This document shows positions 26,533-38,170 of a stretch of 64,000 nt of DNA, piece after piece. Each line of letters begins with the position of its first letter. Within the stretch, counting starts at the first letter, position 1. This DNA comes from Hydrolagus affinis (lineage: Eukaryota). The stretch is taken from the NCBI GenBank assembly GCA_012026655.1, contig JAAILG010000021.1, forward strand, positions 1 to 64,000. Reading direction: 5' to 3'. Below the pieces are notes generated by a model. That model searched no databases. It had not been told where the DNA came from and worked only from the letters and a program-made list of their open reading frames with translations. The translations under genes and the position numbers were made by a program.

Positions 26533-28250
26533 AATTGTAAAAATACAAGACAGTGCAAAGCTGTACTGGTTAATTCATGTAATACCTCTATTAGGCATCC
26601 TGTCAAACAAAGACTTTGGAATCCATAAGCAGGGAGACTGAATTTTTCCTTTTTAATGAATGTTCCTACCAATATTATATTCAATGATCTTGATCTGCTT
26701 TCTTACTGAATTTGCAACTGGCCCTCGCTCTATGTCAGCAATTAAAACAGGGGTCGAGCATCCCAGAAAAGACAAAATTAGTTACAAAGTACTTTTAAAT
26801 AATAAACAAACATTGATACCTTACAATTGTTGCAGATGGCATTTTGTCCACCTGCAAATCTGCAGTGAACCCATTCCTAAAATCTGCGCAGTTATAAGGT
26901 CATATACAGTAACCTGAATTCACTGGATAAATAAATGCAAGTAAAGTAGATGAATCACAAGAGAATTGGTGCATGGCAGTGAATGAATAACCTGCAAATG
27001 GTTCCCAAACCCCATTATTTCCCTTTTTTTTTCAGGCCAAAGATTCATGTCCCTGCATCCTGTCAGTTCATTACAGAGAAATATCATTCCTCTCATGGCA
27101 CATTCTGGACTACCCTCTCAGCCCCATGAGGACCCTTTAATGTTTAATTCCCCATCATCTGCTTCAGTGAACAGTTTAATCTCTGCTTGTATGATCAATA
27201 CTATATCAGTGTAAATTAAAATGACAATTTTAAAGTAATTAAGCCTGTTAATGCTCGATTCAAATATCATTATTTGTAAAAGGGATATGGGAGAAATTAC
27301 ACTGTGTCTAAGGGTGAAAGGCAGATGTTTTACTGTTGCAATCCTGTTGCTGCTGTGGTCACTAAAGGCTTATGGAAAGCAGATTAACTTCTTTCTATGA
27401 CTGACAGGATACCTATCCAATTTCATATAGGATAACACAATTTGATAAATTTAATTTTTTGGGCCAAACTCAATTATTTTAATATTAAATGAAATCTGGG
27501 AAGATTCCAAAATGACACAATGAAAATGCACTTAACTACAGAATGAAATCCAAAAGTAATTGTGTTATTTCATTTCCCCGAACCTTTTTTAAAACCTTTA
27601 AATAATTGTAATGGTAAGAGGAATGGCCAACATTCATTTATAGACAGTGCTTTGAATTGAATACAGTTTTTAACTAATAGGTGCTGTTCACAGTAGAAAT
27701 GTTCCATCTCGCTGCTAGAGGAACACATATTAGAAGATTAGAATTTAATCATTGCATTATTTAATCTCATAAATAGCTCTATAGCACTCGAGCACTTCGG
27801 GATTTAGTCAGAGTCTGCCCAGAATTACTAAGTCTCTCTCTCTATCAGTTTACAAACATGACAGTTCTGTTGTGGGCTGCTTCTGATCATTAATCAATAA
27901 TTAATCATTAGTACAAATATGGGTCTGATATTACAACCAGATTAATGTAACGTTTAAATTTCAGAAATATATAGGGTTTGAGAGAAACACTAAGTCTCTG
28001 ATAATTATGGTTGAGAAATAATGGAAATGCTAAATGTGACCCAGATAAAACAGCACAGATCTGAAAACCAAATGGTGTTAATGTGTAACTGGAACGACAA
28101 AGGGATTTTCCTGTTAAACCTACAAACTACATTCTGTGATCGTAGATGGACATCGTAGATGTAATCTTAATTTGCTGCATTGGTTTTTATAATTCAATTC
28201 CATCAGAATGCTGGATTCAAGATGCCTTGATTTATCTTTACTTTATATCA

Positions 28251-28487
28251 TGGAGAATTGTAGCTTAGTGATTAGAGAACTCGCCTTACAAGCGAGAGAT
28301 CTGGGTTCAATTCCAGGCAGGGCAAAACCTTGGGCAAGTGTCCTTACTCCACATGTCTGAGAAAACAGACGTGTGGAGTAAGGATGAGCTTTTCACGCAG
28401 AAATATACAATATATTCTGTGAAGCATTTTGAGATGTCTAGAAGACATGAAAAAGCACTATAGCACATACAAGGATTATTATAATTA
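28251..28487 (+). mobile_element. Family A SINE with internal deletion and hairpin
   Basis: Head tgtagcttagtgattagag...ctcgc-cttacaa-gcgag...gggttcaattcc has A box, TAC anticodon-like loop and B box. Tail gtctagaagacatgaaaaagcactatag...aaggattattat. Confidence 0.88.
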
Positions 28488-28869
28488 TTTCTGCACCCGT
28501 GTTCTCCGGGCACGAGCAAGTGGGGAATTAGTCTCCCTCTGTCTCATCCTCCCCAGCAAAGATTAAAATTTGTAACCAAAACTCTACTTAGTGCATTCTA
28601 AACAAGAACTAGATTTAAAATAAACAAGGCGCATCCCCCCACCCCAAAAAGCAAAGTGCCGACACTCAAAGTGATACACTCGTCTATATTTTTAGATGAG
28701 CAGTTACTTCTCATGCAATAAAAGTGCGGAGTCAAACTAAAGGCTGAAGATCATTTCTGGACAGTATTATGTAATGATTACAAATTATAGGAAACAGTAG
28801 AGATATCTGCAGATACATACCCTCTGACCCACCAAAGCCAGCCAGCCAGCCTTCACTCTGCTCCGATGA

Positions 28870-29170
28870 TCAGATGAATTATTGCTGGGATCAGATTTAG
28901 AGTATGGTGTGCGATTCTGGGCATTCTACCTTCAAATGTACATGGATGTATTGGAGAGAGTTCAAAGAGAACGACATTGGTGATTCCACAATTTCTAATC
29001 TAAGAAGATGGATTGACAAAACTGAACTGGAGCAAAACAAGCATTGAATGGCCCTGGACAATCAAGGTTCAGGCTTTGAAATGATCAGAGGCAATGATAG
29101 CACAGATTTGAGTAAATGATTTAACTTGGACTGTGAGTACTGACCAGGAGAATGTGCACAAAATGATCAT
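28870..29170 (+). mobile_element. CR1 ORF2 C-terminal fragment (decayed)
   Basis: Translates to DLEYGVRFWAFY...MDVLERVQR, matching the CR1 hallmark LEYCVQFW...LERVQR. Confidence 0.7.
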
Positions 29171-29994
29171 GCTAGCTTAAGGCTTGTGGTTCATTTTTTT
29201 CTTTGTGTTTTAGGGCATTTGCACTCAACCAATGTAAAATGCAACAATATATGTTGTATGGCATCTTAATCCTAAATTTTCTTAAAATTATTTGAAGAAA
29301 TAAAATAAAAATTGAACCATGAAGGATAGAGTTATTGCAACACAGTGTCTAAGCAACTTTCCACATCTGCAACAAACCACCACATGCTCCAAAGTAAAAC
29401 ACCTTCCAATTCCAGATAACATAAGTCTAATATTGAATAAGAATTTACAAAAGATTCCAATGGAGGCATGCACAAAGAAGCATGCAGCAATTTTTCTAAT
29501 TCACCCCAAAATATTACTCTGAATCCAATAAAACTTATCCCATACAAATACCCAACAAATATTCTATGATAGTTTATACCATATCTAGAAAGAAAATAGG
29601 GCAAGAGATACTAAATATTACTTTAAAGCTTTGCTTTTGACTGAAACTTTGTTTGATATTCATTTAACTGCTTAAGCTGATAAACTAGTTTTGTCCTAGA
29701 GAAAGACTCGTCGTGTTGTCGCAAACATTTGATTTACTGTAATTGACGTCACAAGCCCTGAGAATATGAGAAACCTATATATATCTACAATTATCTAGTA
29801 TTGTTTAAATCGTCAAGCTTCAGACACTTGACAGAGAAATATCAGCCTCTGGCAGCTGCTCACATTTTTTAAACAAAAAGTAACCCCAGTGGGAATCTGT
29901 CTGTGCCTAAAAGTAAAATTGATTTTACACGATTCATACAACTACCTCTAACCAGATAACATTTAAACCTGTAATTTTCTACTACTCCCACAGT

Positions 29995-30410
29995 GCAGTG
30001 TTTGAATCATTATACCTTGATCTTGTCCATGCCTCTCGATGGGCCAATGAAAATCTCATTTCTTTCCATTCAAAGCCACAGTTTCTTCACATCTCACAGT
30101 TCCTCTGTGAATATCACAGTTTTTTCATGTCTCTCGCAGCACACCAACAGCTCTTATCTCTTATTTTTGATGGCTCTACTTTTGTTGGTTCTGAATCTAT
30201 TCATATTCTTGCCCACACCATCTCACAATTTCAAATGGAGCTCCCACAACCCCTTCAACAGCAACAACTTGTACGGGGCTCCCCAAGGAGGATAGCATCC
30301 TGGAGCTCTTCGCAAAAACCTTAGTTTTCCTTACTTTTGTCAGATATGTCTTTACCCTTATCAACTTCAATTTATTGCATCTGTTGAGTGTTCATCTCCC
30401 ACTCTAGGAC
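29995..30410 (+). mobile_element. Non-LTR retrotransposon, region C-terminal to the RT domain (CR1/L2 superclade), decayed
   Basis: ORF 29998-30324 reads DLVHASRWANENLISFHSKPQFLHIS...FDGSTFVGSESIHILA, then frameshifted FKWSSH and later VECSSP. This resembles the DL..I..W..N.L.FN..KT...LG....L.W..H...EY.SP pattern. Confidence 0.55.
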
Positions 30411-30919
30411 AGAGGACGAAACAAGGCTTTTCGTCTCACATACGATTCCTTCCGTATCCTAGTGTTAATCAGAGGCTTGCGGAACAGAGAAGAACATTAG
30501 AGAAACTCCTGAAGTCTTGTGAGAAGAACATTAGAGAAACAAATAGCTGTTTATGTGATGTCAGGAATTAAGAAGTATCAAGACAGTTTTCTTATAAATG
30601 CAATTAATGGACCTGATCGATATGATTTTGCTTTAATCATAATATTTTTTGAAGTTTAAAAGCCTGTTGGGTTTGGCTACAGTATTATGCAGTTCGACTA
30701 CCACCATTAGGATTGATTCAATTGCAAAAAAAAACTACCTCCTGGCTGAGATTTCATGAGTGGAGCTCAAAATTGAAATGATGCACTAAAACCTGATTTA
30801 TACGCCACTTTTGGTGTCGATTTGTTGTACGTTGCTTCAAGTCAACACTAAAAGTGCACTGTAAATTGGGCATAACTAAATCACTCTGAGATTACATCCA
30901 ATAAAAATATGAATTATAC

Positions 30920-30968
30920 TGTAAGCGCTTTGAGACGCCGTCCGGCGTGAAGGGCTCTATATAAATCA
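30920..30968 (+). mobile_element. L2-type 3' tail (ACGCC/GGCGT variant)
   Basis: gtaagcgctttgagacgccgtccggcgtgaagggctctatataaat. Confidence 0.7.
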
Positions 30969-31584
30969 CACTACATAACACTATATACTGTTATTGCACA
31001 GTTTAAGATATTAACATGAACTGTTGACTTGAATGATTAATGCCATGGTCAATATTCACTTACTGCTTGATACTGTAATCACACCTGCAAATTAGAATAG
31101 TTGAAAAAAACACAGATTTCTTTCTGATGTAGGTACCACCTTACATGTTAACCAGGCTTTCTATTTTCTAAATCTTTTCTTTAGATTTCTGGCACCTGTG
31201 TTACTTGTGTACATGTTTTTTTTCCCCTCCCAACCATCCAAAACATTTATTTTACATTTTACGGTAGAATGCTTCATATCTGCAAAAACTATTTAATTGA
31301 AATCGTCAAATACACTGATTTTTCCATTGACTAAGCTTTCCCCTCATCTCACTGGGCCACATACTTTGTGCGGCTGAGAAAGCAGATAACCGGTCCCCAA
31401 AAGCCTTGCTCATAATGTCTAATAGTCTGAGGGCTTAGAAATAGAGATACACAAGAGTTCTGGGGTAATGACTATCAGAGATCCTTAAAAACCTCTCCTA
31501 CATTAACTAAACCAATGTTTCCCATTTGCATAATAGTGCTTGATAACAGGATTATAAAATGGATAGCATCTACATTTGCAGATC

Positions 31585-31900
31585 AAAATTAAAACATGTA
31601 GGGAGGCAAATCGTGTTGCAGAAGCTGTTAGTATAATAATAAAATATGACCTAGAGAAACAAGGATTTTGACTGACAATTGGCAAATGGAATTTAATATG
31701 GGTAATGCAAGATAATGCACACTGGCACTAACAGTACAATGAGATGAAAACCTTGAAGAAGGTGGAATAGGAAAGGAGGGGAGGGGAATTGTCAAGCAGT
31801 GATTAACATTTTCTTCACATTGTGGTACTGGAGTTGAAATAGTAAACTCTTAGTCTGTAGTGCTGAGAGATGGATATCAGTCAAAGGACTGTTCATTTCT
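31585..31900 (+). mobile_element. CR1 ORF2 fragment (decayed)
   Basis: gacaattggcaaatggaatttaatatgggtaatgcaagataatgcac gives DNWQMEFN, then CKIMH after a frameshift. Confidence 0.7.
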
Positions 31901-34900
31901 TAAAATGCATATGTTGTGCCACACATCAAATACTTCCTCCATTAACATATTGTGACAGATTGCTAAATGATGTTATACTCGAAAGGATAACAACAACTGG
32001 GAGGATTCTTGCTCTTTGATCTCTGAATGAGGAACATTATTCACATTTGTGGGAAAAAGGTTGCGAGAGAAGGGGCGAACAGAATACACAAGTATTTAAA
32101 GCACTCAAGGAAGTAATACAGAGAATACCACACACACATGCTAGCATTTAAACAATGAGCGGATTGGACTGTAAAGTGTTGAGGGTTCAGGTCCGTTTAT
32201 CTAGTGAGCTTCTTGGATTGTTTAAATAGGTCATGGAGGCCAGGTTTTTTTTATGGCATTTCCCTATTAAAGTGTCTGCAAGAGCATTTTGTTTTTAAAT
32301 TTAAGATCATGCAGAATTGTGGAAAGTTTTAAAATGCTTCATTTTGAAATTGGTTCTTTTTAACAACCGCAAAGATTCCTGGCTTCTAAATTAAAGCCTA
32401 ATTTAGGAATATGGCACAGCTAAACAAAACAGTCTTAGGTGGAAATGCAAACCTTATTTGGCTGAAATTGTTGTGCATTTAGAAATTGCATTACATTACT
32501 TTATGTGGAGATAGTGAGTGCTCTATAGATCACTATTTAGAATAACTGAGCAAAACTGGCTTCTGCCTTATCGTTCAAAATATCTTGATATCTTTATCTT
32601 ACAGCAAGTGCACTGAGTTACAATAAAATATTGCAGGGACTGACACAGGTTCATAAACACTGCACTCAGGTTTTGTAATAAATAACTTACATCAACAAAC
32701 AGGCCAAATCTTCAAGTCACATTGGTGGAGGTAATGTAAGTCTGCTATGACCTTTTAGACAGCTCTAGATTTGAAGACTTTAGACAGAAGAGACTCTGTT
32801 CTATATTAATTCTCCTACATTATGCTGCACCACATATTTACTCACCATAAATAAAATATTTGCTGGATTTGCTTACTGGAGGAAGCTGCTGGCTTCATCC
32901 CAAAACAATACCTTAAAGTTGCAATGAGATCAGAGTAAAGGGCCCTAAACTCTGAGCTTGTTTCTCCAAACAATCTACTAAGAAAATGTATATTGTAACT
33001 ATATCTGTCACTGTAACACTGTATGAATTTGGATCCAAGAAACCAAACCGTTACAGGTGTCAATGCAGCTCAGAGACCGTATTAACGAGTCTGCAATCGA
33101 GAGGACAACGAGTTACAGAACAGAGTCCTGTCCACATGCATATCACGATTCATCTTAGGTACCAGAGGTGAAAGCAGATTTTCACCCAGCTTCCAAAACT
33201 TCTGTAAATGAATATCATACTGCAAGCAGTAGTATTACAATACGTGAACCTGCACAGCAAAGTAAAGCACAGCTATTTAGAAAAAGCACTTGTCAAACAA
33301 GCTAATAAACCTACAATACATTAACCAGACAGCTTGCTCTTAGTGCCTCTCCCAACAATCCCTTTGGTTTCCTACTTATCCTTCATTGTCTATTCATTGC
33401 TGTGTGTTCTTTGTGGGAGCATTTTGTCAACCTGATGTATAAAATACCCTAACCTATTTAAAATGCATGGAAACAGCAATAAAGTAAACCTTGTGGCAAT
33501 TGTTTCCCTTGTGTCTGATAAGAGTAATGTTGGCTCATCTGTTACTTGGGAAATAAAAAAGTCAAGCTTAAATGCACAAAAAATTATGATGGAAGCTCTA
33601 AATAAAGTGAGGTAATGTAAGTTTATTGAGTACAGAATCAATCAATCAATGGGCAAGTGGATTAACAACAACTCATCGACTCAAGCGAGATGATTTGCTG
33701 AAATATCAAGAAGATTGCGTAATTAAGGACTAAAATGTTGTCTGCAACATTAGGGGATGTAAACGATGAGAAATCAATGTACGGTGGGGAGGGGGGGTGA
33801 GATGAAAACGCATAGAAGCATCTCCCTCCCCCCATTCCTGACAATACTGCTGTGTTTATTGCTCAACAACATTCCTGCAATGACCTGAAACTTCTGTCAG
33901 TGTTTATTTACTCCCAACACATCAAATGATCAATATTTTTAATTTGGGATCAAGTTATTATTTTTCACATCACAGCTTCAGGAGTAAAGTAAAGTGGCTC
34001 ATATTTTAGCGCTAAAAAGATCGATATGACAGTTTCACCTTCACTACAGACCCTGCCAGTTGACTGCAGCACATCATAATGTACAGTAGGTGATGTAGGT
34101 GCAGCCGAGCTAGAATCACATCATTATCCAGACATGGAGCCAGACAGGAATGATTTAGCCCATCATGAGGCGCCTGATGCCCTTAGTAAACCAATCTCAG
34201 CTCATACAGTTTATCATACCTGTCTTTTATTGAGCAAAGGACGGACAGTTTCATAAAAGCAGATTACGTCCCTCATCATAAATGCATCCAATTTTTGCTG
34301 AGCCAAGGAACATCTGTAAACTATAATTAATTTTCCATAAATTTCCAAACAAAATTATTCAAACCTGAAACCATGCCTTGAAATACACAGTTATAATTCA
34401 TTGACTACGGCGGATTCATTGATCGCCATTCAGTATGTCTGTGCGTACAGGAAGAAGAATTACAACCACAGCGTATTACTTTGGTGACATCTACTTCATT
34501 TAAATGATTTGGGACTGCTCTGCTTTTTCCTAGTCAAAATGAAAGGTGGCCGGGTGGCTTATTCTATCTCAGTCACATTTTGTCTACGCTGGAAATGCAC
34601 TCACGGTTTATGTTTGACATAAATTCAAGACACAATTCTCAATCAAAAATCTATCCCATGTTCACAGATCATGCTTCTTAGTTCTAAGCAACCCGTGATT
34701 TTATAGTCCTTTTTCTTCCAACAGAAAGGATTCATACAAAATGATTTGCTTTAAGAAGTCAAAGGTTGATTGGAAAACAATATCCACAGTCCAATTGCTG
34801 GCAGCTTATTAAATAGAGCTCAATTATCTTGGACGTTTGCCATATCACTGTTTCATGTAATAGCTGAGAATGGCATGGACATATAGACACAATTTTTCTG

Positions 34901-35389
34901 GTGATTAATATTGAACTGGAATGCCATTATATAGAGTTACAAAGTACAAAGGAAAAAAAATCAGTTCAACGGAAAAACAATTTAAATGGTAAGGCACCGA
35001 AGGTTAAATGTAAAAGATGTTTGGGGGTTCAGCACCATAATCAAATAATCCAACAGAACAAGATATGTTATATTCTCACTTAGGTATAATAATAAATCAA
35101 AGATAGATACCACCCATCTCAAGAAACTCCATCACCATTTTATTTCTATGTGAATCTGGCTATGTTGGGTGAGTGGTCCCATACCACATTAGTCTTTATT
35201 CACTAATTAATATGGTATTTTCCCAATGTGTCCCTCCACAAAAGCCATTGGAAAAAAATTAATGCTTCAGTTATTAAAAAGGATAACATTTTGAAGCAAG
35301 TAACAAACCCAAGTCTAAACATTAAAAGAGCCAAGACTGGGTCTGAATCACTCATAATACAAACAGTATTATGTTTTCATAATGCACTC

Positions 35390-35480
35390 GCACTGCCTGA
35401 CCCCACTCACCTGTTTGCACCCCACAACCTCACTCACCTGCCTGACCTCCCTCCACCCCACTCACCCGCCCTCCCCACAA
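35390..35480. repeat. C-rich degenerate tandem repeat (ccccactcacctg-like units)
   Basis: Three to four imperfect cactcacc(t/c)g units. Confidence 0.55.
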
Positions 35481-36182
35481 TGGAAATATCTCCAAACAAA
35501 TCACAAAGGGAATGTTGTACAATATGTACATATGCAGGACAATGGAGGGAGGAATTAAGGAGAACCCATATAGTTATTTATTTACATATAAAAGTTGAAT
35601 CTAAAGCTACATGCTGTTTGCTGCTCACCCACAATATTTGGGGGGGAATTCAACTTTCTGATTCTGAATCTTGCATCCAACCATATCCGTTAGAACTGAT
35701 ATTGAGCAGAGGCTCTGGGGTGACAAAGAACGAGAGATTCTCCTTCAATGTCGTCACTTCTGGAATGGAAGTTCGCTATTTACAAAATCTTTAGAAAACA
35801 ATCATAAATTCAGCATTTTTATCCTCCCTAAATTTAGCATTTACTAAAACAACAGAGACTTGGAAAAACAACAGCCAGCACAAAATTTAAAAAATAAACC
35901 CCAACCCAAGAATTGCTCTATAGGCGAGTGCTTAAACCACGATCTACCGTCTCCTTTCAATGATGAAGATGGAGTGCGGAGGAGCATGGAAGGGCAGGAC
36001 ATGGGTTTGGGCCTGTGATTCTTCACACTGTGCCATTGATCCACTGATTGAAGAACAAAAGACGAGGCACGTCACTAATGCAAGGAAAGGAAGTGAGAGC
36101 AAGAGTGGCCCAAGTCGCTCCCATACATCTGCTGATGCCAAGCTGCAATAATAACAACAAAATTACATCTGTAGAGTGCCTT

Positions 36183-36510
36183 GCGGAGTCCTGTAGCTCA
36201 GTGGTTAGAGCACTCACCTTACAAGCATGAGACATGTGTTTCAAATACAGGCAGGTCATGGTGAAACCTTCGGCAAGTTTCCTTACTCCACACTCCTGAT
36301 AATAATCCGTCCCCAAAAAAACAAAAAAATTCTTCATTTCAATCCACGACTGTTTGTGGGACGCTGCTGTGCGATATTGGCTGCTGCGTTTTGCCCACAA
36401 ATATAGTCAATTGATTTTACAGTATATTCTATGAAGCGCTTTGAGATGTCTAGAAGATGTGAAAACCGCTATCAAATGCAAGGATTATTATTATTATTAT
36501 TATTATTATT
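36183..36510 (+). mobile_element. Full-length family A SINE with (ATT)n tail, nested in a minus-strand L2 tail (36148-36528)
   Basis: Head ggagtcctgtagctcagtggttagagc, body tgtttgtgggacgctgctgtgcgatattggctgc, tail ...atcaaatgcaagg(att)n. The flanks aacaacaaaattacatctgtagagtgcctt and tcacgtcgggagga rejoin into an L2 tail. Confidence 0.92.
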
Positions 36511-38104
36511 TCTTCACGTCGGGAGGAAGCAATATTGACAGAGGCTCCTGCTTCCTCTCTTAGATCAGCATGCTGAACACATTGAAGCGAGGCACATAGA
36601 AATCACAGCCATTACCTCACAGGCAGCAACCAAGGATTGCAGCCATCACAGAGAAACCAAGGATAGCACCCGACATACAGAGATAGAAATGCATTCAGAT
36701 TTGTCAAAAAGCAGTAAACAGCAATATGGAAGTGTTACCCATTGCTGAGACATTACTAGATCAGTTACTTTCTGTGCTGGGCTCAATAATCATGTTGTTT
36801 TATTAAATGCTCATGGTTTAAGATCGCTAAAAAAAATCTAGCTGCTGATTGAAAAGCAGCTGTTTGTCAAAGGGTTGAACATTTCTGCCAACTACCAAAG
36901 TTTGGCAAACTTTGGATGCTGCATTCAAAACTCTACTCTGATATTTCTAGTGTGTGTCTGCAATTGCCACCATGGCAACACCCACAATCAGACCGGCTGT
37001 TCAGATTACATCTTATGTTTTCTGCAAATTTTATTAGAAAGTTTCAATGCGTCCATTTAACCTTTCACTGTAGAAAATGAAATAAATGTCTGGTTTGTTT
37101 TCTCAAGAGTGGTCTCTTCTGCAGTCAAAACTGTAAACAGTACTGTATTTCAAATAGCTTGCGAGGCTTGGATCTAGATACGACCAGTCAGTGAGAGTGT
37201 GCCACCTATTGGCTTAATGCTGAACAGTCCAACCTGAGAATTCTAAAACGCAAAACATCCTCCCCTCTCAGCCGTTACTAAGATTTGGAACTGAATGAGG
37301 GCAAAACAGGAAACAAGGGAAGAGTCAAAAACTGATGTCTCCTCAAAAGATGATTCAATTTTAAATTTACTGAGCATTTCAAAACAGCTGCAGGGAAGCA
37401 TACCACAAAACGCAAAGTTCTTTACTTGTAAGACACCAAGGGAGCTTCAGCCTGACAACTTTGAGAGCCAGTTTGAAAGGATGTCGCTTGTGTATAACCA
37501 AATTGTTTTATGAGAAGGCTTGTGATTTGAGGAGGTTGAGGTTCTTAAAGCTCTTTGTGTAAGCTTTCAAGATTTATTGCAGTGGTTTGGATAATCCTCC
37601 TTTTGGATATCTCCACAGCTAAAATCCTGAATCTACAATGTGCGGGTTGGCTGGTTGGTGACAACACATTGAACATTCAATGCACTGTGCCACCCATGGT
37701 TTATATTTTCAAACAGGCTGCAAATGTCTCCCTTCAGCTCTCGGTGGCGTGTAGGCCATTTCTCTTTGATGTTAATGGTGGTGATGCTACATCACTGGGC
37801 CAGAAGAAGTTAGCAAATGTGAAATTTACACATTCATCCAGTGTCGTTCAATATATCATCTTGCCAAGAACAGCACATTTATTCTGCACGGTGGCAGATC
37901 AGGTGACTCTCAGTGCTGCAGGTTGTGTCCCTAGTCTCCTGAAACTTCAGCCTATTTAATGCCATGACTTCAGTGGTTTTTAACAATGTGGTCACTCTGA
38001 AAGAATAGAATTCACCTTCCAAATCACCCAGAGTGAATACTGTAAAATGTGGAATACTGTATAAGCCTGTCTCTTAGCCTGTCTTTTAGCCATGGAGCTG
38101 TGTC

Positions 38105-38170
38105 TCAATGCCTTAGGATGTCCTCCTAATGTGAAAGGAGCTATGCGAATGTAATTGTATTGTTGTTGTA
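38105..38170 (+). mobile_element. L2 3' tail
   Basis: gccttaggatgtcctcctaatgtgaaaggagctatgcgaatgtaattgtattgttgttg. Confidence 0.7.

Noticed and set aside
32846-32974. 129-nt exon-like segment on minus (tag|ATT...ATG|gtgagt)
   Set aside because: There is a stop at codon 10 in the required phase 0 and no other support, so it is treated as a pseudo-exon.
35228-35794. 188-aa ORF, the longest not assigned to a retroelement
   Set aside because: It starts at GTG, is antisense to INPP5A, spans a low-complexity C-rich repeat and has no recognisable domain.
36185-36260. tRNA-Val(TAC)-like genes here and at about 20125-20192, 28255-28325 and 42540-42612
   Set aside because: They have A/B boxes and an anticodon-like arm but run directly into SINE body and tail and are mutually diverged. 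They are SINE heads, not tRNA genes.
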